DNA of 64,000 nt from an uncultured bacterium (GCA_903821355.1 CAIJKW010000018.1:1453-65452); one strand, 5' to 3'; positions 49,514 to 58,914 are shown, counted from the stretch's first letter. The notes: generated from the letters alone by a model not told the origin. Made by a program: numbers and translations.

Positions 49514-52048
49514 TTAATCTTCCTCGACCTTATTTTCTATTATATCAGAGTTTCCTGAAGAAGTGTTATATTCTGTGCTTTCTGCTTCGGACGACCTTGT
49601 CATGTTGCCGTTTGCATTACTATTGTAGCTGTTGTCTAAAATATCATTTCCATTTGAGCCTCCATTCTGGGTGTTGTTTTGGCCACCATTTTGACCACCC
49701 TGCTGATTTCCGCCATAGCTTAGTATTTCTCTTGGTTTCGAGCCGTCAGAAGCCCCGATAACTCCCTTATCTTCAAGAATATCCATAAGCCTAGCTGCAC
49801 GAGCATATCCAATCCTCAACTTTCTTTGAAGATATGAAGTTGAAGCGCGCCCCGCTTCTATAACAAGCTGTTTTGCTTCATCGTACAAATCATCCTCGTC
49901 CTCATCATCAGATCCTCCAAAAGATGAACTAAATACAGCATCTGGAGTAGGGGATGCACCTTGCTCGCCATTAAATGATATTTCTTGAGGCAATGAATCA
50001 GTGGAATCTATTAAGTATTTAACCAATTTCTTTGTCTCGTTCTCTGTAACATAGGCACATTGAATTCTAATTGGTGTTGGTATATCTCCTGAAAGATAAA
50101 GCATATCTCCAGCACCCAAGAGTTCTTCAGCTCCTCTCATATCAAGAATGGTCCTTGAGTCAATTTGCGATGCAACCTGAAGTGCGATACGCGCAGGAAC
50201 GTTTGCCTTAATAAGACCTGTAATAACGTTAACAGAGGGACGCTGTGTTGAAATAATAAGGTGAATTCCAACAGCTCTAGACATTTGAGCTAGCTTAACG
50301 ATCCCAGACTCTAATTCTCTAGGATATGCTTGCATAATATCTGCCAACTCGTCCAAAACAATAACTATATAAGGCATTGTTTCAGGCGCTTCTTCACCTG
50401 CAATATAGCCATCGCTCTTCCTTCTGTCTAAAAGAGGTTTCAATATGTTCTTATGATATGAATCGATGTCTCTGATCCCGTTCTTTTCTAGTATATTGTA
50501 TCTCCTTTCCATTTCTTTTGCCGCCCATTTAAGTGAAAGGATAGACTTCTTAGCGTCAGTAATAACAGGAGTTAGAAGATGGGGAATCTTGTTATACATT
50601 GTCAACTCAACTCTCTTAGGGTCAATCATGATGAATTTAAGATTGTCAGATGAGTTCTTGTACAAAAGGGAAGCGATAATTGCGTGAATTGTAACTGATT
50701 TTCCAGACCCTGTTGCTCCAGCGATAAGCATGTGAGGTGCTTTGGCGAGGTTGGTAAAATATGACCTTCCCGAGATACCTTTTCCTAAGGCAACCATAAG
50801 AGGCTTTTCTGATTTTTGATATTCCTCTTGGGCCAAAAGAGAGCCAAGTCCAACTGTTGTTTTGATGGTGTTTGGAATTTCAATTCCGACAAGTGACTTA
50901 CCAGGGATTGGCGCTTCAATTCTTATTGGGTGTGCAGCGAGTGCAAGGGAGAGGTTGTTCTGAAGTCCTAGAATTTTTGAAAGCTTAACACCTTCTGCTG
51001 GCTTAAGAGCATATCTTGTAACTGATGGTCCGATTGAAACTTCATCCATCTCTACATCTATTCCAAAGTTTTGCAGAGTTCTTTTTATTATATTTGCATT
51101 TGCTTTGATGTCTCCAACTCCAGGCTTACCTTTGTCTTGTTCTAATATAGAAAGTGGGGGAGGAACAAAAGCTTTTCCACTCCATGTGCTTTTTGCTTTT
51201 AGATCAATTGAGTCATCTTCTTTTTCTTTTGACGATTTTCCATCCGCTCCATTTACTTTATTTTGATCTTGATGGTTTATGTTTCCTGAGGCTCCATCTT
51301 TGCCACTATCTGCATTTCCTGGTTTTGATGTCGCAGCATCCAGTACCGCCTTGTTTCCAATAGCACTAGCTTCCGCATCTTTAATTGATTTAGAAATCTT
51401 CTCATCTTCCGTCGCTTTTATTACCCCATCAGCTGAGCCTGCCTCTGCTTCAATATTTGATTTTTTGCTAAACAATTTCCAAAACATTAAGTGCTCTTTT
51501 TTGATTGATGAGTCATATATAATGAGTATTGATATCAATGAAAGTGCGATTGTGATTACATAGCTAGTTGGATAATCAAAAAGCTTAACTAGGGGAATTG
51601 CAACTATCTTTCCAATGAAACCTCCGCTGTCTAGGTTGATCAAACTTATTATACCCAAAGATGATAGTAGGAATAGTAGGGCACCTAGTGATTTTGATAG
51701 ATAAAACTTCCTGTTTCTCTCTCCAAAAAAGGCAACAGATAGTAGTATAAAGGTTAATGGTATTAGATAGTATCCAAGACCTAGAAGTTGGGACAATGCA
51801 TTGTATATTGCGCTCCCTGCAGATCCACCTCTGTTCAATGAAGCAAAAAGAAAGAATATTGCCAATACAAACATGGTAATACCCCAAACACTTTGTATAG
51901 TGCTGGATTTAAGTACTTTTTGCTCCACCACTCCTTCTTCTGTGGACAACTTATAAGGACCCCTTTTGTTATCTCTGGTGGTATCCCTTGAGTTATCTCT
52001 TTTGTATTCATTATCTTTTTTGTATTTTTTCTTATCTCGATTTGCCAT
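49514..52048 (-). CDS. ftsK: DNA translocase FtsK/SpoIIIE
   Basis: N-terminal TM helices; Walker A AGATGSGKS; C-terminal gamma (winged-helix) domain LVIEAGRASTSYLQRKLRIGYARAARLMDILEDKGVIG. Confidence 0.85.
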   Translation of the reverse strand: MANRDKKKYKKDNEYKRDNSRDTTRDNKRGPYKLSTEEGVVEQKVLKSSTIQSVWGITMFVLAIFFLFASLNRGGSAGSAIYNALSQLLGLGYYLIPLTFILLSVAFFGERNRKFYLSKSLGALLFLLSSLGIISLINLDSGGFIGKIVAIPLVKLFDYPTSYVITIALSLISILIIYDSSIKKEHLMFWKLFSKKSNIEAEAGSADGVIKATEDEKISKSIKDAEASAIGNKAVLDAATSKPGNADSGKDGASGNINHQDQNKVNGADGKSSKEKEDDSIDLKAKSTWSGKAFVPPPLSILEQDKGKPGVGDIKANANIIKRTLQNFGIDVEMDEVSIGPSVTRYALKPAEGVKLSKILGLQNNLSLALAAHPIRIEAPIPGKSLVGIEIPNTIKTTVGLGSLLAQEEYQKSEKPLMVALGKGISGRSYFTNLAKAPHMLIAGATGSGKSVTIHAIIASLLYKNSSDNLKFIMIDPKRVELTMYNKIPHLLTPVITDAKKSILSLKWAAKEMERRYNILEKNGIRDIDSYHKNILKPLLDRRKSDGYIAGEEAPETMPYIVIVLDELADIMQAYPRELESGIVKLAQMSRAVGIHLIISTQRPSVNVITGLIKANVPARIALQVASQIDSRTILDMRGAEELLGAGDMLYLSGDIPTPIRIQCAYVTENETKKLVKYLIDSTDSLPQEISFNGEQGASPTPDAVFSSSFGGSDDEDEDDLYDEAKQLVIEAGRASTSYLQRKLRIGYARAARLMDILEDKGVIGASDGSKPREILSYGGNQQGGQNGGQNNTQNGGSNGNDILDNSYNSNANGNMTRSSEAESTEYNTSSGNSDIIENKVEED

Positions 52049-52243
52049 ATTCCCTTTATTTTAACACGTATTATCTTAGGTTAAAAATTAATGCAAATTA
52101 AAACACGATGTCCTATACTATGGGACTTGTCAGATGTGCTGACTTATATATAATGTCTTTGAACTTGCCAGTCAGTTTTGACTTTTTGGGCAAATCTATT
52201 AAAGACAAAATTGAGGGGTAGTTAAAAGACATAATAAAAGACT

Positions 52244-53170
52244 ATGAATAACCTATCAGACAATGATTCAAATAAGGGGGTGGACAAGACACTAGATTTA
52301 ACTTCTTTGAGTTTTTTTAATTCTGACCCATATTTCAACTTTGTATATAAGAAATCAGAAAGGCTTTGCATGGCAATCTATTTGATAACAGACTTCTTTC
52401 CCGTTAAAGATTCTATAAAGGACAATATGAGAAAGGCTGGTACAGATCTAATTAAAATTTCATTGTCCTTAATAACAGCGTCATCTTCCTACAGGAAGGA
52501 CATCTTAAATGATATTAGTCGTATTTGTTTGGAGGTTGTTTCTTTATCTAAGGTGGCATCTAACTTAGGTATGACATCATTACCAAATCACAATGTACTA
52601 GAAAGTGAAATTAAAAATTTTATTGGAGTTATAGAAGAGAGGGAAATGCCAAGTACAACAGGACAAGGTTTTGTCCTTAATGAAGAAATACTTGGAACAA
52701 GAACATGTGATATTTCTGATATAACTCAAATTGCAAGACAAGATCCTTTACCACAATCTTACACGTCAAAATCCTACTATCATGTTGAAGAAAAAACTGA
52801 GGTCAAAATGAACACTCAAGTAGGGGATTCATCGGGATTGGATAAGAAGGTTGTACAAGTTAAAGATCTGTCAAAACCGCAAGATGTTTCAAAACATGGA
52901 AATGTGGTAAAAACTCAAAATAATCTAGGTAGCACAGGTAGTGGTACAAATACTGTTGTTGGTACAAAGTCTGTAATGCAAAAAAATGAGAGACAGCAAA
53001 TCATATTGGATATAATTAAAGAAATAGGAGAGTCTTCAATTAAAGACATATCTGACAATATAAAGGATTGTAGTGAAAAGACTATTCAAAGAGAGCTTAA
53101 TACTCTTATATATGACGGTGTCCTTAAAAAGATAGGGGAAAGGCGTTGGAGCAAATATGTTTTAGCTTAG
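52244..53170 (+). CDS. Hypothetical protein with C-terminal winged-helix DNA-binding-like domain
   Basis: 308 aa; C-terminus ILDIIKEIGESSIKDISDNIKD.SEKTIQRELNTLIYDGVLKK resembles a wHTH. Confidence 0.35.
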   Translation: MNNLSDNDSNKGVDKTLDLTSLSFFNSDPYFNFVYKKSERLCMAIYLITDFFPVKDSIKDNMRKAGTDLIKISLSLITASSSYRKDILNDISRICLEVVSLSKVASNLGMTSLPNHNVLESEIKNFIGVIEEREMPSTTGQGFVLNEEILGTRTCDISDITQIARQDPLPQSYTSKSYYHVEEKTEVKMNTQVGDSSGLDKKVVQVKDLSKPQDVSKHGNVVKTQNNLGSTGSGTNTVVGTKSVMQKNERQQIILDIIKEIGESSIKDISDNIKDCSEKTIQRELNTLIYDGVLKKIGERRWSKYVLA

Positions 53171-53317
53171 TTTTATATAAAACTTACTATGGCGATGGGT
53201 AAAAACTGATAGTAATTGAGAGACCGTGTCTTTTATGGTTCAAAAAGTCATATAAAAGACATGGTGATTTTTGCTTTGAGTTTCAAAAAGTCCTTAATTG
53301 AAAAGCTTAAACAGAAT

Positions 53318-53347
53318 TTGACACTTTTAATAATTGTTGACTATATA
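53318..53347 (+). promoter_or_regulatory. Sigma70-like promoter inside a 577-bp intergenic region
   Basis: TTGACA-17/18-TATATA followed by an 8-bp stem hairpin ctgtacac...gtgtacag. Confidence 0.35.
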
Positions 53348-53783
53348 GGCGTTTTTCTGTAATATTACTGACTGTACACCGTCATTATGTGTACAGGCGC
53401 AGATTGGGGCTTATTTTAGTAACCATGTTGCAAACTAAGGCCCTTAAGGATATCGTTAAATAGCCTGGTACTTTGACAAATCAATAGATAGTTTCTCATA
53501 ATCAGTAATTCCGCCAATTATCCTCCAATTCAGACTGACGGCATCCCAAATGACATAGTCCAGTTATTCCGTTGATTCCTGTGAAAACAGTGGGTCAACA
53601 AGTGCGAATCCGTAGAGATACTCAATTTAAATTTAATTACTAAAAATATTTAACTTTTTGTTTAGTGTCTTTACGGGTTCGTACGGTTAGTATTAAAAAC
53701 CCGAGGATATTCTATTCCACACATTATTAATTTTAAAAGTTAAGTGGATGAAAATATCTTTAATAAATTTTATAAAAATTCAT

Positions 53784-55655
53784 ATGAAAAAGATTTCTTC
53801 AATAATCGTAATGTTGGCTCTTGCATTCGCTCTTACTGTTACAGTATCAGCTGATTCAGGATACTCATTTACAAAGACTCTTAAATTAGGCTCAAGAGGT
53901 GCAGATGTTTCTGCTCTTCAAACAGTTCTAGTTTCCAAAGGTCTTCTAACTATGCCTGCAGGTGTAGCTATGGGATACTACGGATCATTAACAGTGTCAG
54001 CTGTAAAGGCATACCAAGCTTCAAAGGGTATCTCAACAGTAGGACAAGTTGGACCAGCTACTCGCGCAGCATTGAATGCTGAAGGAGCAGTTGTTTCAAC
54101 TAACGTTGCAGGTTGTGTTGCAGGTGCATTGTTCAGTTCAGTAACTGGACAACCTTGTACTACAACTTCAACAGGTGGAACAACATCTACAGTAGGAATC
54201 ACAACTCCTGGAGTTGCAGGAACACTTGATATTGCAAGAGGTTCAGCTGTAGGAAATGGAACAACATACAATGATGGTCAATCAGGTTCTATTATATCTT
54301 ATGACCTTAAGGCTGGAGCTTCAGATGAAGCTGTTACAGCTTTGAGTGTTGATTTCAGTGTAAGACCATGGTTGTACGTATCATCACTTTCTTTTGTTAA
54401 TCAACAAACTGGTGCAACAATTGCAACAGTTTCAGGCCTAACAGCTGCTAATTTCACAGAAATTACAGTAGGAAGTGAGTACAGAATAACTGTTCCTGTA
54501 ACAGGAATGATTGTTCCAAAAGGACAAAGAGTTACTGTAATAGTAAATGCTACTATGGCAGGCTCAAACAGAACTGGCCCAGTTAATGTTTTTATGACAA
54601 GAGCTGAGGCTAGAGCTGTTGATGGAACAGGGGTTACAACTACAAGTCAATTACTTGCACAAACAGATAAATTTGTTTATGGAGGTGTATCAAACTCAGC
54701 TTTGATTACAACTCTTGATGTAAGTTCACCACAATCATCAATTATCCAAACAAGTGTTTCTGCTGTAACAAACAATGTTTCTCTTGCGGTATATAGCTTC
54801 AAGTCACAAAACATTGCTTCTACATTGCAACAAATTGCTATGAAGATTAGTACAGCTACTTCAGGTGCTGCTTATGCTCCAGAAAATGTATTCCAAAACG
54901 TACAATTGGTTTCAGGATCAACTGTTCTTTCTAATGGTACATTCGGAACATCTGCAAATGGTTCAACCACTGTAACATTTAACAACTTCAACCTAAATCT
55001 TCCACAAGATGTTTATGTTCCTGTTAAAGTTATAGCTTCAGTACAAAAGAATGTAAGTGGCGTTACAGCTTCAACAAGTCTTACTGTAAACAGTACAAAT
55101 CTTGTTGGAATTGATGCTAACTCAAATAGTTTGACTGTTAATAGTTCAGGAACTGTAATCTCAAGTGCGATATTACAATTCTCAGCTTCAGGAGCTACTT
55201 TGACAGCACCTTCATTCAGTATTACACCTCCATTATCTAACAGTACTGGAATCTACAAGACAGCAATCTTTAGTGGTGCATTTACTCTTACAGCTGGAAA
55301 CAATCCAATCTATGTAAGTAGAACACCTGCAACTGCTTTGACTGCAACTTCATCAAACGTAGCTTCTTCAACAGCTACTCTTGACAGTATCGGAGCTGGA
55401 AATGTTTTGAGTAACGATCCAACAGGATTCTACCAAATAACTCCAGGTCAATCACGTACATTTAGTTTCAGTGGTACATTGACAAACACTTCGACAACTA
55501 CAGGAAATGTATCTAATGCCACAGCTGGTATTACTACAATATACTTTACTGACGATACAGGTACAGCACAAAAGTCATCTATATCAACTGGTCTAGATGC
55601 ACTTAATGCATACTTTGGTGTTGTTAACTCACGTGTAACTCTAGGAACTCTATAG
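53784..55655 (+). CDS. Secreted peptidoglycan-binding-domain protein with a long Ser/Thr/Val-rich beta-rich region
   Basis: Signal peptide MKKISSIIVMLALAFALTVTVSA; PG_binding_1-like LKLGSRGADVSALQTVLVSKGLL...AVKAYQASKG; start set to the signal-peptide Met rather than 53748. Confidence 0.5.
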   Translation: MKKISSIIVMLALAFALTVTVSADSGYSFTKTLKLGSRGADVSALQTVLVSKGLLTMPAGVAMGYYGSLTVSAVKAYQASKGISTVGQVGPATRAALNAEGAVVSTNVAGCVAGALFSSVTGQPCTTTSTGGTTSTVGITTPGVAGTLDIARGSAVGNGTTYNDGQSGSIISYDLKAGASDEAVTALSVDFSVRPWLYVSSLSFVNQQTGATIATVSGLTAANFTEITVGSEYRITVPVTGMIVPKGQRVTVIVNATMAGSNRTGPVNVFMTRAEARAVDGTGVTTTSQLLAQTDKFVYGGVSNSALITTLDVSSPQSSIIQTSVSAVTNNVSLAVYSFKSQNIASTLQQIAMKISTATSGAAYAPENVFQNVQLVSGSTVLSNGTFGTSANGSTTVTFNNFNLNLPQDVYVPVKVIASVQKNVSGVTASTSLTVNSTNLVGIDANSNSLTVNSSGTVISSAILQFSASGATLTAPSFSITPPLSNSTGIYKTAIFSGAFTLTAGNNPIYVSRTPATALTATSSNVASSTATLDSIGAGNVLSNDPTGFYQITPGQSRTFSFSGTLTNTSTTTGNVSNATAGITTIYFTDDTGTAQKSSISTGLDALNAYFGVVNSRVTLGTL

Positions 55656-55709
55656 TAACTAAGGTTTAACGTTTGCTAAAATACTAATTAAGTATCTAAG
55701 TAAATTAAC

Positions 55710-55740
55710 AAAAACCACCTCGCAAGGGGTGGTTTTTGTT
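55710..55740 (+). terminator. Rho-independent terminator
   Basis: aaaaccacc-tcgcaa-ggggtggttttt. Confidence 0.6.
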
Positions 55741-55935
55741 ATGTCAAAAATTACGACAATTAATATTCTATAGATAATATTTTTCACAATATCCCATTGC
55801 TAAGATTATTGTCATTACTACTTATGGGTATATAATTAATTAGGCATAGATCTTTACAAGATTCTTTATTGTATTAATTGAAAGATTAAGACAATAAATT
55901 TGCCAAATTTTCGAAGTATGTGTCTAGGTTAGTTT

Positions 55936-56235
55936 TTGAAATTCAAACCAATTGCAATCAAACAATCAGAAAACATGAAATATCTATTACTGCCGGTGGT
56001 AATGCTGATTAAGTTGTATACATTGGGCGTCGTGAGACTTTCCGAGTATATCCTTGGACATTCAAAATCTTTGGTGCCTTGGTCAGAGCTTGGCTGGCAC
56101 GATGTTCACGATTTCTTTATCAGCTGTCTCGTTTCTGCTTTCACTGTCTTTTCGATTTTCTTCATCGCCTTTATCTGCATGTTGACTATTGAAGATATAG
56201 ACATCGCTGGAGATTTGGAAAAACCCAAAATCTAG
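55936..56235 (+). CDS. Small membrane protein, hypothetical
   Basis: 99 aa, two hydrophobic helices. Confidence 0.3.
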   Translation: MKFKPIAIKQSENMKYLLLPVVMLIKLYTLGVVRLSEYILGHSKSLVPWSELGWHDVHDFFISCLVSAFTVFSIFFIAFICMLTIEDIDIAGDLEKPKI

Positions 56236-56295
56236 AACCTCTAACTCTTTCTTAATTCCAACCCACTGCCGACCATCGTGTCGGCAGTAATTTTT

Positions 56296-56354
56296 GTGAT
56301 TATGCATAATCACCCCGTGGCGATTTTGAAGAATCGCCTACCGGGTGCTATAAT
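56296..56354. repeat. Palindromic intergenic repeat, copy D, with an extra upstream palindrome and a TATAAT box
   Basis: gtgattatgcataatcac cccgtg GGCGATTTTGAAGAATCGCC TACCGGG tgc TATAAT; the palindrome overlaps a TTGAAG -35-like hexamer. Confidence 0.7.
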
Positions 56355-56362
56355 ATCAAGTA

Positions 56363-56455
56363 ATGTTTGATAAAACTTCATTCACATTAATCATAGGATT
56401 CTTGTTAATTCTACTCTTTGGCTTCGGCATCTTTATTGCTTCAGCAAATCTTTGA
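56363..56455 (+). CDS. Possible leaderless 30-aa hydrophobic peptide (MFDKTSFTLIIGFLLILLFGFGIFIASANL)
   Basis: ATG 8 nt downstream of the TATAAT at 56349-56354 (leaderless geometry); single TM-like peptide; not in the ORF track because of its length. Confidence 0.3.
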   Translation: MFDKTSFTLIIGFLLILLFGFGIFIASANL

Positions 56456-56529
56456 GGTTGAATGTGTCTAAATTTAGAATTTAGAATTTTAAATTTGACA
56501 GATAAATTGTTTTTGATATTATATAGATA

Positions 56530-56691
56530 CAAATGGGATGTCCCACCCGCCCGAGCTCCAAAAGAGCTCGGGCTTAAGGTTTGTCTATTTTATAAGATTT
56601 CTTACGGACGTTCCCGTTTTCCCTTTGTTAACTGGAATTTGCAAGAAAGGGCCTTCACTTGTAAATAGTTATTTACAAGTCGTCTTTTTTT
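56530..56691 (+). ncRNA. Candidate small RNA of about 160 nt, class unknown
   Basis: Promoter TTGACA (56495-56500) -16/17- TATTAT; internal 9-bp hairpin cccgagctc-caaaa-gagctcggg; terminal cttgtaaatag-ttatttacaag hairpin plus TCGTCTTTTTTT; preceded by AATTTAG tandem repeats; only short overlapping ORFs. Confidence 0.4.
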
Positions 56692-56953
56692 ATAAAATAA
56701 CCAAGAAAATAAGGGTTGTTTAGAATTTGACTTGTTTCTATGACTCAATAAATGAATAAGTCTTATTATCAAAAATGGGTAATAATAAAAAATACCAGTC
56801 TTTAGACCTTTGTTCATAGAGGTTTAAAGAATGTCGCATTATCAAAGGCTATGATAATAGAAAAATAGACCTAGTCAATTATAGTGAAACGTAGTTCTAT
56901 AGAAGTCACTCGTTGACTTGGCATTTCAGATATGATACACTATTGTTATAATT

Positions 56954-57568
56954 ATGAAAAGCAAGAATAACCTTATAGAACAGTTAAAAACCTTACCCCA
57001 CTTCAATAAAAACACCATTCATCAGCTTGGGGTACGGTTGGGGTTAAGGGATTCAACGATTGATGTTTATATTAGTCGCTTTTTGAAGTATAAGGAAATT
57101 TATAAGCTTAAAAATGGATTATATGTATCTACTGATTTCTTTGACAAGAATAAAAATGATATTTCTTATTCATTTTACCTTGCTAATATACTTCGTACAC
57201 CATCGTATGTAAGTTCATGGGCAGCACTTCAGTATTATAATTTAACCACAGAAGCTATTCATTCAATTACTTCAGTTACACAGAAAGTGACAAAAGAATA
57301 TCAGACAAGAGCAGGAAATTTTGCATACCAGTCTATAAATAAAGAATTTTTTTCTGATTTCTCGCTTGTAAAAGGAAAGTTTGATTTTTTCATTGCGTCT
57401 CCTTCAAAGGCATTGTTTGATCTATTGTATTTCAGAACTAATCAGTTTAGAGGGCTTTCAATACAAAATATTAAAGCAATAGTAGAGGAGTTACGGATAG
57501 ATATCGATGAGATGGACAAAGAAGAACAGTCAAAATTTTATTTAATGATTAAAAAAACAAATGAGTAA
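56954..57568 (+). CDS. AbiEi-like antitoxin/transcriptional regulator (type IV TA / abortive infection)
   Basis: 204 aa; N-terminal wHTH-like region with LKNGLYV (AbiEi_4 pattern); overlaps the downstream gene by 8 nt. Confidence 0.45.
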   Translation: MKSKNNLIEQLKTLPHFNKNTIHQLGVRLGLRDSTIDVYISRFLKYKEIYKLKNGLYVSTDFFDKNKNDISYSFYLANILRTPSYVSSWAALQYYNLTTEAIHSITSVTQKVTKEYQTRAGNFAYQSINKEFFSDFSLVKGKFDFFIASPSKALFDLLYFRTNQFRGLSIQNIKAIVEELRIDIDEMDKEEQSKFYLMIKKTNE

Positions 57569-58844
57569 ACAAATTAAGACAATTTTAAAGAAAAAACTTG
57601 ATGACCTTGCCTCTTATGGTGAGATTGGCGCAGAGACACGTCGTAATGCACTTAAAGAAGACTTGCAGTTTTATGTTCTCAATTTTATCTATCATCATCC
57701 AGAATACAATAAATGGATTATGTATGGTGGTTCTGCACTCCGTATCGTTCATGGTCTTGATAGAATGTCGGTTGATTTAGATTTTGAAATTTTTCATTCA
57801 ATAACAGATAAATTTTTAGAAGAATTTAAGAAAGAAATTGAAGACCATTTTACAAATACATATGGCGCTGGAGCAGACTTTCTTAATATTAAAATAACCA
57901 CCGGTAGAGGATTGATTCTAAAATTCTATGTTGGCGATGAGTTAAGTTTTGGACATCCTTCAAAACAGGTTCATATAAAAATTGATCTAAATCATTTTGT
58001 AGCGCCTAAAATTGTGACTGAACGTAGACCAATAAATCAGGATCAGCTTTCTTTTGTTATTCTAACTTATAACATGTCGGCTCTTATGGCGAGCAAGCTT
58101 GCCGCCATCTTTCTAAGAGGGACTCGGGGTATTGGTTCTGCTATATATGAGGAAAAAGGGCGTGATATATATGACCTTCTCTGGTACATGAATAAAAAGA
58201 TTGTGCCTGACTTAGATTATCTAGTAGCTAAAGGAATTGACGTAAAGGATCCTCGGATGATCTTTGATAAACTTACAATTCAGATGAGTAAAGTTAGCGA
58301 TGAAAATCTCAAACAGGATCTTCTACCTCTATTTGTCAACAGGGGTTTTATTGAGAGTTGGCTTAAAAATTGGCGTGAAAGTTATTTTAGACTTCTTAAC
58401 GATTATAAAATTCGTACAGTAGCAGGATTAGAAAAAATCGGAATTTATCAGGATTTTTCCTCAGGTAACTTTTCTTTTGTTTATTGGTACAAAACAGAGA
58501 ATGGTGAATTAATTAGAGTTTACTACACTATAAGTGACTACTGGATTGATCTTGCTGAAGGTAATTTGCTAATTGAATCAGATTCAGAATTGGAAAATAA
58601 GATGGAATTTGGTAATAATGCTGGAAGTGGTCGTACATCTTTACAAGATAAGATTAAGCAATATGCAACTTTATTTTATCAGAAAACGGAAAGATACTTA
58701 AAGAAGACGAATAGAATTATGCTTGGAGACAATGTTATTACTAAGGTGATTCGCATGACAGCTGACGGTTTAAATCAGAAAGAACAGATTGTACTTAATA
58801 AATCAGCCCTATTTTCATGTGAGTTAGATGATCTATTGAAGTAA
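57561..58844 (+). CDS. AbiEii/DUF1814-family nucleotidyltransferase toxin-like protein with a C-terminal extension
   Basis: MYGGSALRIVHGLDRMSVDLDFEIF matches the AbiEii GGTAL...R.S.DlDf signature; 427 aa against about 300 aa for typical AbiEii. Confidence 0.6.
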   Translation: MSKQIKTILKKKLDDLASYGEIGAETRRNALKEDLQFYVLNFIYHHPEYNKWIMYGGSALRIVHGLDRMSVDLDFEIFHSITDKFLEEFKKEIEDHFTNTYGAGADFLNIKITTGRGLILKFYVGDELSFGHPSKQVHIKIDLNHFVAPKIVTERRPINQDQLSFVILTYNMSALMASKLAAIFLRGTRGIGSAIYEEKGRDIYDLLWYMNKKIVPDLDYLVAKGIDVKDPRMIFDKLTIQMSKVSDENLKQDLLPLFVNRGFIESWLKNWRESYFRLLNDYKIRTVAGLEKIGIYQDFSSGNFSFVYWYKTENGELIRVYYTISDYWIDLAEGNLLIESDSELENKMEFGNNAGSGRTSLQDKIKQYATLFYQKTERYLKKTNRIMLGDNVITKVIRMTADGLNQKEQIVLNKSALFSCELDDLLK

Positions 58845-58914
58845 AGCAAATCTTTGATTTTTCTTTAGAAATTCTTTATAGAAACTTCATATCTTTTTTC
58901 TATGATGTGAGGAT

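Noticed and set aside
53748-55655. The PG-binding surface protein gene as a fourth compositionally foreign island
   Set aside because: Its GC content by eye is only marginally above background (high Gly/Ala/Thr codon content explains it). It lacks the sharp boundaries seen in islands 1-3.
56462-56817. ORFs 56462-56668(+), 56538-56723(+), 56602-56817(-) as protein genes
   Set aside because: They overlap one another and the promoter/terminator-bounded candidate sRNA. Their composition is implausible and none has a start context. They are treated as non-coding.
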